Shown in pieces: positions 10,501-20,957 of a stretch of DNA of 64,000 nt; positions within the stretch are counted from its first letter, which is position 1, and each line of letters starts with the position of its first letter. The notes beneath the pieces were generated by a model. It was not told where the DNA came from, did no database searches, and saw only the letters and a list, made by a program, of their open reading frames with translations. Source of the DNA: Amphiscolops sp. MND2022 (taxonomy: Eukaryota). The DNA lies in contig OZ076417.1 in NCBI GenBank assembly GCA_964187785.1, positions 15,748,001-15,812,000 of the forward strand. Reading direction: 5' to 3'. A program made the translations under genes and the position numbers.

Positions 10501-12790
10501 ACAAACAATCATTGAGCGAAAAACCGGTGGAAGTTTTTGCACTGGCATCAAAAACGACGCGAAGTTTTGTAGTTGAACTTTCTTCCTTTGTCACACAATG
10601 GTGCGGCAAATAAAAATTTCTAGGATTATCCAATTGATCATCCGGTACTCTTTCTAAGTGCCCAAGATCAAGGAATTCTTGAATGAATGCAGCGTACCTT
10701 TCTTTCAATGACAAATCAGAATTCAATTTCTTCTCGAGGTTAAGAAATCGGCGCATCGCGATAGCTTTGCTTGATCCCAATGTAGGTCCATCAGATTTCA
10801 AAGGCATTTCAACGACGAATCTTCCATCATCTTTCCGCTTCGTTGTGCGGTTGAAATGTTCAACACATTCAGATTCTGACTTTGTCAACATTTTCTTCTC
10901 CGGTACATTTTCAAGTTCCCAAAATTGGGTAATATCGACTTTATTAACATGAACAATGTCACCTTTGGTGATTTCATTACCTTGTTGAACAGGTCCCGAA
11001 ATTATCCAACCAAAAATTGAATTTCTAATGTGCAGACCATTCTCTTTGAGTTTTCCTTCTTTCATTACATCTTCTAGAACATCTGCTCCGAGTAAAATAT
11101 CAATTCTTCCTGGGCAGTTGAAGTGTGGATCAGCCAGCTTGAGGTTTTTGAGGCTTTCAAGCGTTGGGACCTTCACTTTCTGAGGAGGCACGAGATTCGA
11201 AATCTTAGGAACAATGTGAAGATCAACATGTACTGCTTCATTGAGGACAGTTGACAAAACTCCCTTTGATTTTTGTGAAGAGGATGATCCAAAGGGTGTT
11301 ATGCTGATCGTGTTTCCATGAATTTTTGATTTCATGGCATTGACTCTACTTTCATTAATAAAGCTAGCTTGAGATCCAGAGTCAAGCATGGCTCGCAGGG
11401 TCACTGGAGTGCCATCGGCGTCCTTGATTGTTACATATGCTGTTGATAAAAGAACAGTTTTCTTGGGGCTGACAGCTGCACATTGGTTATTCGAGACTGT
11501 TTCGACAATGGAGGTAGCTTGAGTTTCTTGGGAAGTGTTTTCAACTTCGACGCAAGTGGTTTTCGTTTGAGAAGGGCGATGCAACATAGTATGATGCCTT
11601 TGTCTGCACTCTCTACATGTAAATTTAGAGGGACATTTACTGACATTATGACCAATTTGAAGACAATTATAGCATCCACGCTTTGCTTTCACAATTCTGA
11701 AGCGTTCCGGTACTGAAAGAGTTTTGAATTTCAGACACTCGTGTAACTTGTGTTCTTCATTGCACCCATCTACACAAGATACTGAAGCCGTATAGACGTG
11801 TGAATGCCTCTCTCGTGCATTCTGATTATTTGCTTGTTGCGGAATCGGCTTCGAATTACTCGATTCTAGTGCTCGACTCCTTGTATTGAGAAATTCTGCT
11901 AGTTGATTCCAAGTTAACAGTTCAGTGCCTGGATGAGCAAGTTGCCATTGTTTGCGGGACTCTGGGTCCATTTTTTCAGACAGCCAAAACACGAGGAGCG
12001 AATCCCATTGGTCAGTGGGTTGCCCAAGTTCATTCAAAGACCGGAGATGCTCATTCGTGACTTCTAGCAGTTTACGGAGACCGCTGGCAGATTCGACCTT
12101 CATTGAGGGTTGAGACCAAATAGATTGAAGGTGTGCTTGTACGATGCTCCGTTTGTTGGCGTATCTATCGGTGAGTAGGCCCATAGCAATAGCGTAGTTG
12201 GCATCAGTTATGGAAACCGAGCAAATCAATTTGGCGGCATCGCCTTTCAAGCATGCGCGCAGATAATTGAGTTTCTCAGAGTCAGTCAATTGAGTATTAG
12301 AATCTACTGCTGCCCTGAAAAGATCAAAGAACGACATCCATTCAGTATATGACCCACTGAAGGTTGGCAGGTTCAGTTTTGGCAAGCGGAGCTTGCTGCC
12401 GGCACTCCTCGGTGAAGAACTTCGTCGCAAAGGAGTAGAATCACTCATTTCTAACCTTTTTTTGTAGTTTTCTATTAAAGCGGTTAATCTAGCAATTGCA
12501 ATGCCACTACGTATGTCAAACTCGGTAGCATTGTCAACTTCGGCGTCAAATTTAGCATCATCTTCAGTTTCAAGCTGAATTTCCAAATTCCAACGATGGA
12601 TATCAAGTGCCTTTGTTTTCATGTTCGAGAGAACAGCTTCAGCTTCACAAAGCTGATCTTCATTACTAATTCCGATATTTACTAACGTGTCTAAACGGCC
12701 TTCTAGACGAGTAAATGCTCCTTTGTGGCCACCTCGCACCTTAATTTTTTGCTTAAGATCTAGTTTTTCCGCAGCGGGCTCGTTATCCAT
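7577..12790 (-). CDS. BEL/Pao Gag-Pol polyprotein, 1737 aa (Gag/DUF1759-like, 3 Cys/His knuckles, aspartic protease, RT, RNase H, integrase, DUF5641-like C-terminus)
   Basis: LPKLNLPTFSG...EKLNYL (gag); CVDGCNEEHKLHEC, CYNCLQIGHNVSKC, CRECRQRHHTMLH; LDSGS (PR); YLPHH...KLRVVFDAS, DVAKMYRQ, YVDD (RT); FCDASEKGYAACVY (RH); HEKTLHGG..CVKC, IDFGGP, TDNGSNF, GGLWEASIKSAK (IN); LQERLKW..VGDLV..WPLGRI. Confidence 0.97.
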   Translation of the reverse strand: MDNEPAAEKLDLKQKIKVRGGHKGAFTRLEGRLDTLVNIGISNEDQLCEAEAVLSNMKTKALDIHRWNLEIQLETEDDAKFDAEVDNATEFDIRSGIAIARLTALIENYKKRLEMSDSTPLRRSSSPRSAGSKLRLPKLNLPTFSGSYTEWMSFFDLFRAAVDSNTQLTDSEKLNYLRACLKGDAAKLICSVSITDANYAIAMGLLTDRYANKRSIVQAHLQSIWSQPSMKVESASGLRKLLEVTNEHLRSLNELGQPTDQWDSLLVFWLSEKMDPESRKQWQLAHPGTELLTWNQLAEFLNTRSRALESSNSKPIPQQANNQNARERHSHVYTASVSCVDGCNEEHKLHECLKFKTLSVPERFRIVKAKRGCYNCLQIGHNVSKCPSKFTCRECRQRHHTMLHRPSQTKTTCVEVENTSQETQATSIVETVSNNQCAAVSPKKTVLLSTAYVTIKDADGTPVTLRAMLDSGSQASFINESRVNAMKSKIHGNTISITPFGSSSSQKSKGVLSTVLNEAVHVDLHIVPKISNLVPPQKVKVPTLESLKNLKLADPHFNCPGRIDILLGADVLEDVMKEGKLKENGLHIRNSIFGWIISGPVQQGNEITKGDIVHVNKVDITQFWELENVPEKKMLTKSESECVEHFNRTTKRKDDGRFVVEMPLKSDGPTLGSSKAIAMRRFLNLEKKLNSDLSLKERYAAFIQEFLDLGHLERVPDDQLDNPRNFYLPHHCVTKEESSTTKLRVVFDASAKTSTGFSLNDCLLVGPKCQDDLFNILIRFRIFKIAMSADVAKMYRQVELSLEDRDLHRILWRKNPNEPILTYRMTRVTYGVASSSFHAIRSLLDCAKSPKTPEIVKDAIERDFYVDDILTGAENLEEAKNLQTGLIDTLKQGQFDLRKWTCSDARLTQGLPPEYREASEDFQFLNENHTIKTLGIVWSPIKDKFTFTVKHLKLDLTERLSKRRILSDIAKVFDPLGWLSPVTLQLKQLMQEVWKCGTDWDAILPSDISEFYCKWRSKLKFLNEIAIDRFALCNEQNDEINLHLFCDASEKGYAACVYIVSCDTEGNMKATLLTGKSKVSPLKTQSIPRLELCAALLGVNLLDAVVKSLSKLKMEIQSKNAWTDSTIVLSWLLKEPSQWSTFVANRISKIHEYPDVTWRHVPSEDNAADAASRGIDPHTLKEHSLWWSGPQWLVTNKFPEQPPFCETKEELKRADHKVKPNNSDQVVLTVTEAKSTEVIFDLTKENSFEKALRIVSTVKRAFSRLKREGKNFPEYITFDERTEALCILLRQEQGLFYKNEISTLKTKNQVDKSSKILKLYPFLHEDVLCVGGRLVHANLPDEAKYQRIIPPESQLARLIIANAHEKTLHGGTNQVLAQIRTRFWIPASRAKIRKFVRNCVKCSRFTTKATLPLMGDLPKSRIDVPTKAFQDVGIDFGGPFACKGTRKNSEKAYLALFVCFASRAVHLEAVSDLTTQACIAALRRFTARRGCPVMIYTDNGSNFAGTKAEIEALQKILKNEHANSFQAEAANLHMKWNLIPPRAPHFGGLWEASIKSAKHHLRRIMGNNVLSFEELTTLFCQIEWVLNSRPIGVLSEDPKDHKHLTPAHLCCGGSLEAFPMKISSVPDEIKKCSPQKRWFFLQNLLGIFWKRWTKEYVSSLQERLKWKNESENLRVGDLVYLTDDNVAPLQWPLGRITYVYSGPDQFVRVVKVKTSNGIFNRPVAKLRKLPLLNDNLE

Positions 12791-12868
12791 GGCAATGACC
12801 GTTGCCTTTCTTAAATTTTAATAAAAACGATAGTTATTACGGTTTGAAAGTCCTTATCAGGTAGTTCT

Positions 12869-12973
12869 AGATAAGCCCACGACGAGATCACGTCAGTAGG
12901 CTACACTAGATCTACCGACCAACGTTTGAAATCAGATAAACCCACGACGAGAACACGTCTGTAGGTTACACTA
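12869..12973. repeat. Two 40-bp imperfect direct repeats between the accessory ORF and gag
   Basis: AGATAAGCCCACGACGAGATCACGTCAGTAGGCTACACTA (12869-12908) versus AGATAAACCCACGACGAGAACACGTCTGTAGGTTACACTA (12934-12973); 4 mismatches. Confidence 0.9.
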
Positions 12974-13008
12974 ACTTCAAAAGTACAACGATGATAAAGT
13001 CCAACCTT

Positions 13009-13617
13009 TTAAGTTTTTGACAATTTTTTCAGAAACCGGCGTTTTTTCTGCGAGAGTCGTTTCCTTGGCCGCCTCGTATTCTGCGCGAGGGCCTTCAAAT
13101 TCGAAGAATGCTTCAAAACCAGCTGTAAAGAACGAATTTCTAACGGTCCTTCTTGATGAAGCTGCAAATATTGATGTAGGAGGAATTTATCTTGTTGTCT
13201 GCGACGCGAGATTAAATTCTTTGTGATTCTGATGATCACAATATTAGTTGACCGTAATGTTTCGAAGATTTGAGGGGCTCCAAACCTCTGGCAATACACG
13301 ATAGCTGCTATTCGTTCCTTGTACTTCAATAAAATTGACGCTAGTTGACTTCCTTCTAGGCCAGTGTAAGAATTAGATTTATGTTTCGTAATACTGTTGT
13401 TGATAGTGTCGTGCCAGATCACTAAGTTTGTTTTTTGGTGTAAAAATCCTCGTTCCAAAAGGTAAGAAAGGCTTATAAGAGGTCTTTTAGGTGAAATGTT
13501 GGGATTTAAACTCAATGATGGGACTGCAGTAACGAATTTTGCTAGAAACCGTTTTTCTCTAGGGGAAAGTTGATCGATTGCGTGCTTCAAAGAACTTGCA
13601 CCAACGATATAAACCAT
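13009..13617 (-). CDS. Accessory ORF upstream of gag, 202 aa from first ATG; SGNH/GDSL-hydrolase-like with basic C-terminal tail
   Basis: Open ORF between PBS and gag, same strand as gag. Motifs VYIVGASSLKH (block I-like), VPSLS (II), VIWHDTINN (III), LQLHQ (V-like); tail RRPRKRLSQKKRR. ORF is certain; fold is inferred. Confidence 0.6.
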   Translation of the reverse strand: MVYIVGASSLKHAIDQLSPREKRFLAKFVTAVPSLSLNPNISPKRPLISLSYLLERGFLHQKTNLVIWHDTINNSITKHKSNSYTGLEGSQLASILLKYKERIAAIVYCQRFGAPQIFETLRSTNIVIIRITKNLISRRRQQDKFLLHQYLQLHQEGPLEIRSLQLVLKHSSNLKALAQNTRRPRKRLSQKKRRFLKKLSKT

Positions 13618-13763
13618 CAATTTAAACTTTGAGAGCTTAAAACTAACAATTATGACGGTAAAAGTCTCGGAAACTTGATAATTTCACAAAATCTGGAAGT
13701 CCTGATGGTCTTCTTTTTTCAATAAGATTTTAATGGAAGAGATCGTGTCCTGGGTCTTCAATC

Positions 13764-13782
13764 TCCGGGTCAGTAAGGACCA
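13764..13782 (-). promoter_or_regulatory. Primer binding site of the BEL/Pao element (tRNA-Tyr-like first 8 nt)
   Basis: Minus strand TGGTCCTTACTGACCCGGA starts 5 nt after the 5' LTR. TGGTCCTT matches the start of the tRNA-Tyr-type PBS; the remainder diverges. Confidence 0.65.
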
Positions 13783-13787
13783 ATAAA

Positions 13788-14351
13788 TGTATGATAAAGC
13801 TTCAAAATAGTTCAAAAAGAGTTTTTGTTTGAATTTCAAACCTTCAAGACTCGGTAATTTACCGATCAATGTCTTCAATTTTGCTATTTAAGGGTTAACA
13901 AACCTTCTCTGTCGACGGACCACCCACAATTTGTGAGATAAAACAATTATTATAAAAAGAATTGTCCATTTGTTGTGATTCTCAGGTTCAAGAAGCCAAT
14001 TTGGCTCAAACATGACATTACTGACAGAAACAGCGGTGAAACTTCAACATAAAATCAACATTAACTCAATGAGAAGTCAACGTACTTCAATTTTGATTGG
14101 CTGCCCAGCAGCGCGTAGCAGTTTTGATATACTAAAATGTCATCAATCAATAGACAGGGCATCAAACAGACTCTAAAGTTATATCATATAACGATTATCA
14201 ACAAAATGTTTCATAAAAAACTCCTTCAACATAGTTTAAATTATTGCCGGGTCCAATTCTTTCCTTTTGATCCAAAATTGTGTCCCAAAATTTCGTTCAA
14301 GAGGATTTGATATTTGAACTGGAACATGCTCCGAAATTTTCGTTTCTAACA
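13788..14351 (-). repeat. BEL/Pao 5' LTR (564 bp)
   Basis: Direct repeat of 6905-7468; followed on the minus strand by the PBS. Confidence 0.98.
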
Positions 14352-14356
14352 GATGC

Positions 14357-15700
14357 AACTGTGCTAGTGCGAGTACAATGACTCAAAAGAAGTGTACCGG
14401 TGGGTTCGTTCTGGCGTTGGTCGTTGCGGTCATACTTTGAGGTAACTTCTACCAGGCCACTGGCAGCAGAGTAGTAGTCCCCAGTTATGATTACACCTCT
14501 TGCAAAGATTTCGAAAATTGAGGAAAGGGGTACTAGATCGGTCCCAGTATCGCCGCCTAATAGCTCAGCCAGCTTGAACCATTCATGGTATTTTGCCATT
14601 TTTCTTTGTTTCTTTTTCAGGCTGGAGCTCGTTATAACTTTGTTTATTTGATAGACTCTGCTTGTGACCTGTTTGTGGATTGAGGTGCAACTTTCCTTTA
14701 AACTTAGTTCTGTGAAGGAGGCAAAACACTAATGGAGGGCATGTTCGCGTGGGATCATGTTTTTGACAATGATGGATTGCGATTTGGTGCGTCCCGGATT
14801 GTGCAACAAAGGCTTTGAGCCCGAGGCTTACGCCTTTCAATTTTTCCATGAGTGCAATCAGGCGCGCGTTAGCATCAATGTTCCGGGTTGCATCAGATCA
14901 GACATAGACTTGAGGCGTTCGTCAGCTTTACGGTGGCGCTCTTTCATGAGTGACATAAAATCAGTTAACGTCTTTCCGCGGTCGTTAGTTGAAGCTATCG
15001 ACAAATTCAAGTTGCTTTGGTCAATGCGTCGCTGAGCGTTCATCTGGACTAAGTCCTTTTGCCTCTCATTTCTGTCGACAGAAAGTCAGCTCGCTGAAAA
15101 TGCTCATTGTTTCCTTGTGTTAATCTGGCATGCACTTGCGTCAGTTCTGCCAAAGTTTGAACGAAGCCCTCCGTGATTGCTTTTGACTCAGAAAATCTTA
15201 CGGCAATTGTCGAGCCTGATGCATCAACACTGCCGGGAAGATCCCATTGACCGTTCTAATTGACCAATGATAGCTCTAGTGCCCTAGGATAGCGGCGTGC
15301 AGAACGTGTGTCCCAGGAGAATACTTTCTCTTGTCTTCCTTTTTCATGTTGGTGTATCTAGCGACGCCGCTGGGACTGTCAGTGGTAAACTCTTACCAAG
15401 AGTTGCTTTTTGCACTGAACACTTGGAGTCCAGAACCCAATCGGTCGGCGCTTGCATTTTTGATTAGACTGTCTTCTCTTGTATTTGCACTAACACCGGC
15501 TAGTTGTACAAATGTACTGGTATCGAGTTCTGTTACTGGATTTTTGTAAGAGTTCGGTCACTTTTTTCAACTGTTTTGAATGCATCAAGTTGAAGACGGG
15601 TCCTTTTGCGGTGCAATCAACGGGGTTAGTTCTAACCGGTGATATACCAAGAAGGTAATACCCTCCTAGTCATCTCCACGCTCATTTTTCTGGATGTCTT
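14357..15700 (-). mobile_element. Probable upstream part of the decayed Gypsy element interrupted by the BEL/Pao insertion
   Basis: The TSD shows this was contiguous with position 6904. Fragmentary minus-strand ORFs (14858-15043 etc.) have coding-like composition, but no diagnostic motif was found. Confidence 0.35.
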
Positions 15701-18700
15701 GGCTTTATGTACGCACTTTGAAGTTTAACATAGTCATTTGTATTCATCACAAATTCTATATCTACAAAACACTTTTGATTTATTTGCACGACACCACTGG
15801 AATAAACGTTCTACCAAAAAGTTGTCAACTATATCTACACATGTTACTGCAGCTTTGTTAACGTCTATTGAAAGCGCTGAACATCTCCAACCTGAAATAA
15901 CTCAACATACCAGCAACAAACAAGTACTTTAACTGGTACGACCATTCTCAATTCTGTACAAATCCTAATAGCAAGAGTGATTCGACGTTTCGTTGGTACA
16001 ATTGCTTCTGCACTAATCACAACGTGTGATTCAGCATCTTTGCCATTACAACCTTTCTTCTGTACGAACCATTTTCAATAGTTCCTTCCTTTGTTCATAC
16101 AATCTTTACCTATTCCCTTTAATTTTTTTCTATCCATTCAACCGTCCTCTCATTTTTCCATTTCACTTCCACTCCTTACATTATACTTTCCTCTTTTTGT
16201 AACTAAGACTCTTCTTTTCAAATCACTTCCTTCTTTACATTTGAACTCTCTCTTCAAAATCTATGCTCCTGTTTCTTCTGAACTCTAACACAATACTATT
16301 TCTCTTTCAACTTTTAATTCTAACCACCCTCCTCTCTTTAACCTAATATCATCTCAATATCAAAATTTATGTGAAAAACTCCATCAGAACTTTTATCTTC
16401 CTCCTATTACACCATCTAAACATCTTGATGTCGTTTTAGGCAGACTCTGGTCAATTGTCATTCCTTTACGTCATTTATATTGTCCAACAACCCTCCTCCT
16501 CTCATTCCCCTTCCCTGTGCATTTAATAATTCCCATCAAGTGACAAAGCTGAACATCTTGATAAATATTTAGGTAACCTCATTTATAATATACTGATCAT
16601 CATCCTTTTGAATCATACTCCGAAGATATTTACACTAGACTTTCTATCCGTGAGCACCATGACTTTTATCAGTTTTGGACACACAATCTTCAACGGAAAC
16701 TCCTGATGCACCGCCTTTTTCAATTCGTTGCACTTCTCTCCTTAACTCTTCTGACACTTTGCGAAAAATTATCCATCTGAATAATTTTTAAATACCTAAT
16801 GCTCAAGTTGTTACTACCTTTCTCAAAAACTGTTCTGAAAAGAACACCCTCTTGCCTCAAGATGCTTTTCTTCAGAAGGAAAAACTTAAAACTTTTTGAT
16901 ATTCCCAGTATTGAACAACTTCGCACTTTTAAAAATAGTCCTCACCATTGGCTCATTTCTGATTTTCTTCAAATTCACCACTTCCATTATCAATTCTTCC
17001 AAAATCGCACTTTGAAAACACAAACTAAAAAGCAGATTCGAATATACTCACTCGTCGAAATACTTTTAGACAACTTGTTTACACAACTACCAACTGTTTG
17101 GGACTCCAACTTCCAAAACGCTTGTTTTAATTTTGCTTCACAATTTTCTCAAGTGATGAAGTCCTACTTTTTCTTCTACCTCTGACAATCGTCATCCTCA
17201 CTTCTATAATCTAAATTTTACGCAACTCATCTTTGATAACCAGAGTATTGATAAAAATCTTGAACTTCACCTTCCTATTAGACCATGTGCAAAAAATACT
17301 CCTCAGCGTCCTTCTATTGACACTATCTAAGAGGTTTATTGACAAACCATCCCACCCTGCTCCAATGTTTTCGTGACTGCTCACAATTTTGATGATCCTC
17401 GTCCAAATCTTGGTCCTCCTCCACCGCCTTCTTCCAACAACTTAACCCCCATTACTTCTCCACCTACGACTTCCCACTCACCACACCAAAATAATACTCC
17501 CTCTACCACCCTGCACCAACAAATCTTACTACTACCCAAACCCTCTTCATCTCAAACTCATCAAAGGCTTCCTTCAGGTCCTCTGACTTTCCCTAATGTA
17601 ATCACTACTCAACCTCAACCTCATTCTTCTCAAACTTATGTTCCTACAACTTTTTCTTCTTCTAACCCTAACACCATCTTTTCCTCAATCTCAATATCCT
17701 CAGTTTACTTTTCCACTTTCTACTCCAATTCCTCCTCCTACATCTTATGATCTTTACGCATCACTCCATCCAGGTTTTCATAACTATCCTACAACTTTTC
17801 AACCCCCTACTCTCCCTCCTAACCCTCTCCCACCATCTTTTTCTAACTTTCCTTTTAATTCACCTCCTTCTCAACCGCCTCCTTCTGTTTTCCGAATGAC
17901 TCCGTCTGTTCTTTTTCCCGCTGTCTCGGATCCAATTAAAGTTTTTGATGGCTTAGATCACACTTGCCCTCCTGAAAAGATTTTAGCTCACCTCAGTGCA
18001 GGTATAACATTTCAACTCACCATTGGCTTCGAACAGATATATTCCCGATGTATCACTTTCAATATCAATTCTTTCAAAACTTCACCCTAAACACTCAAAA
18101 TGAAGCACAAATTAAACTCTACTCTCTTTTTGTTCGCAAATTTTTCGCACAAAAACCAACTTATTTCGGATGCTAAAATCCAAGACGCTTGTCTAAACTT
18201 CCCTTCCCAATTTCCTCTCGGAGAACTCCTCCCGTTCATTGCCAAATCCCCAAATAATCATCTTTACTTGAACTTCCCCCTTATGCTCGCTCATATGCAA
18301 AAAAATTTCTCAACCTCCGTGTTTCGACACAATCTGTGCTGTTTCTTTACAAACTAGACCTTTATCACCTATTGTTTTAGTACAATTTCACCATATCGGC
18401 AATCCCCTTCCAAACTTAGATCCACCACCTCCCCTTCCTTAAATCATCCGTTAACCACTCAACCATCTATATTCTCATTCAACCCAACAAAATAACATTC
18501 CTACTATACCTTTGAAGTTAAACGTGAAATAGATTTTGAACTTAACGCCTCTCAAATCATCCACTTTCCAATCTGATCAACTCTTCCTTTAACATCTAAA
18601 ACTTCTGAAAATGAAGTCATCTTTCCTACAATTCCTCCTTCAGATTTTACCGCACGTTTCCAGTCTAACTTTAACTTTATTCAATTTTATCAAATTACCA

Positions 18701-19079
18701 AACCCGAGCCTAACAGCTGCTCTGTTATGAGTCAAAGTATTACCCTTCACTCTATACATCTCTCACCAAGATGTATTGGCTACAACGAAGTTGATGCCAC
18801 CAATTTCGAACCACTACATTATAGAGTTAATGATGTTAAATCCCCTATACACACTGTGTTTCATTCATGTTACCTGGATCTCTCAGTGCCCAAACCTCCT
18901 GTTTGTCGTTCCTCACTCCAAGCAACGAATCTGAGAGTAACAACTTACAACACTCTCAAAATATAAATAAACCTCTTCCGTCTTTAAGAACTGTAACCAC
19001 CAGAAATTCAACAATTCCTCAAAAAATTCAAATTTTGAGACTCGAATGTCAAAGATGATGAATTTTGAAAACTCTGTTC

Positions 19080-20300
19080 CGTTGCAGTTAAATACCAACA
19101 CTGCTATGCAACTCATCGTAACGATGTTGGAAAAATCGCTACACGACTTAGAAATCGACTGAAACTCAGTGCTAATCTACAAACTCAAAGACCCACTGAT
19201 GTTTCTATTCACTATAGAGGAAAACTCAAAAAACTGCTTGATGAATCAGATCAACAAATTCTTATTAGACAAGTGGTTTCAACTCCTTGGATAGATCCAT
19301 TTACGAGACTACACTTCAAAACCCACTAATTATTATCCCAAAAAGAAATACTACTGAAGTCGTCCTTGACGCCAGACACTCAAAATCCAACACAGATCAA
19401 TCTTGTGAATCGTGGCCTATTGTACCTCTAGCTCCCCAATCAGCAAGAGCTAACAAAAAATTCAAATCTGCAATTGACTTTTTGCATGCCTATGTTCATG
19501 CTCCCTTTGATGAAGAATCTATCACTCCCACACGTTTCTCCTCTGCAGAAAAACTCTATGCTTCTATTCGCAGTGTTTTTGGACTTGAAGGGCTTCCAAA
19601 CTTCTTAACCAAAAAATATACTCTTTTTTCTAAAAACCTCATTGTACAAAGTTTTGCACTCGTTTGTTAACGATATTGTTATCTTAGTTCATACACAAAT
19701 CATATGCTAGAACTCATTGAACATTTACTTCCAATTTCGTAGTTCTAATAATCTTAAAATTGCGCCTAAAAACCTTTTATATCCTTCTCACTTTTGAATT
19801 TCTTGGTCATGCAGTCGAAAATACCTCTTTTGAACCTTTTTCCTTCAAAGTCGATTGTAATCACAAATTGAAAACACCAAATTCCAAAACATCTTTATTG
19901 CGATTCGTTGGTTCCATGAATTGTTATTCCAAATCTTTCAATAAACTCCATAGTTCGAATGGACTCCCTAATTAATTTCTTTAACGAAATGAAAACCTCT
20001 CTAATCAAAAGATGCTGCAATTGCAACTTCTAACACTACTGATTTTTTGATTACCGTTGACGCTTCCTTTATAGGTTTAGGTGCAATACCATTTCAAATT
20101 GCCCCAGAAAGCAAAATGCATGTTATTTCGTACAACTCCCGTGTTTCAACAACTCAAGAATAAAAACTCTATACTTATGATCAAAAAATCTCACACAACG
20201 ACAATACAAAGCTCTAATGTTTCCATCTAAATTCTCAAATCGTAGTATCCTCCACACACACTGCAGGTACTAATCTCATTGCTGCTGACAGGCTTAGTCG
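19080..20300 (+). pseudogene. Copy A reverse transcriptase and RNase H remnant
   Basis: VVLDARHSKSNTDQSCESWP, FGLEGLPNF, FVNDIVIL (degenerate YxDD), TVDASFIGLGA, ADRLSR. Confidence 0.88.
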
Positions 20301-20457
20301 AGAGAGAGAGAGAGTACTTATCTATGACAAACAAAATATGTCAATTACAACACAAATCATAACCATCACTTGATGAATTTCTCCAACTCAAACCAAATAA
20401 CACTTTAAAACAAGTTCAATACTTGGTCAACCAAAGAGATGTTTTTCTCACACAAAC

Positions 20458-20957
20458 GGCTTCGGGCAATGAGTTCGATTTACTAAGTTCGAATTTGAAC
20501 TAGTGCAATAGGTTCGAATGGAATAGTTTCGAGACACCAAGTTTGAATTTTCATATCGGGCATATCCGGTGTAAATTGGACATCCTTCACACAAGATCCT
20601 GAGAGCTCCACCGCCTAGGATCTAAAGGAATCTAAAAACTGAAATGTAGGGCATACCCGGTGTATGCACGCTCGCCCTCACCGTCGCAAAGACCAGCCCC
20701 TACTACGATCGCTTCTTGATCTCCGTTCCAGCTAGGTCTTTGCTCCTGTTCGACCTCGCTTAGCAAGATGGGAACATAAGCGGCCCCAAGGGGCCGCGGG
20801 GCACTAGATGAAAATGGGTAATATCAGTGGCACGTTTTATACTTAGTTCAAAATTCGAACACAGTGATATGAACTTGTTCCGGTTTTTGGAAAATTCGAA
20901 CTTAGTCCATTCGAAATCAAAATTCGAACTTATGGGTTCGAACTTTTTACCGTGCCC
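20458..20957. mobile_element. 500-bp non-autonomous DNA transposon (Mutator/MULE-like MITE) inserted in copy A pol
   Basis: 9-bp TSD CACACAAAC (20449-20457 and 20958-20966). Imperfect G-initiated TIRs rich in AGTTCGAA units. Flanks rejoin into pol sequence homologous to copy C ~53870-53960. Confidence 0.8.

Larger units (their letters stand above)
6905..14351 (-). mobile_element. Full-length intact BEL/Pao (Belpaoviridae) LTR retrotransposon, 7447 bp
   Basis: Two 564-bp TG...CA LTRs with no difference found by eye. 5-bp TSD GATGC (6900-6904 and 14352-14356). PBS, PPT and uninterrupted gag-pol ORF present. Confidence 0.98.

Noticed and set aside
7566-11716. Many short plus-strand ORFs antisense to BEL gag-pol
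   Set aside because: These are shadow ORFs of a long coding frame, with no motifs or independent support.
20300-20314. (GA)n run in copy A RNase H
   Set aside because: Ordinary microsatellite slippage in a dead gene.
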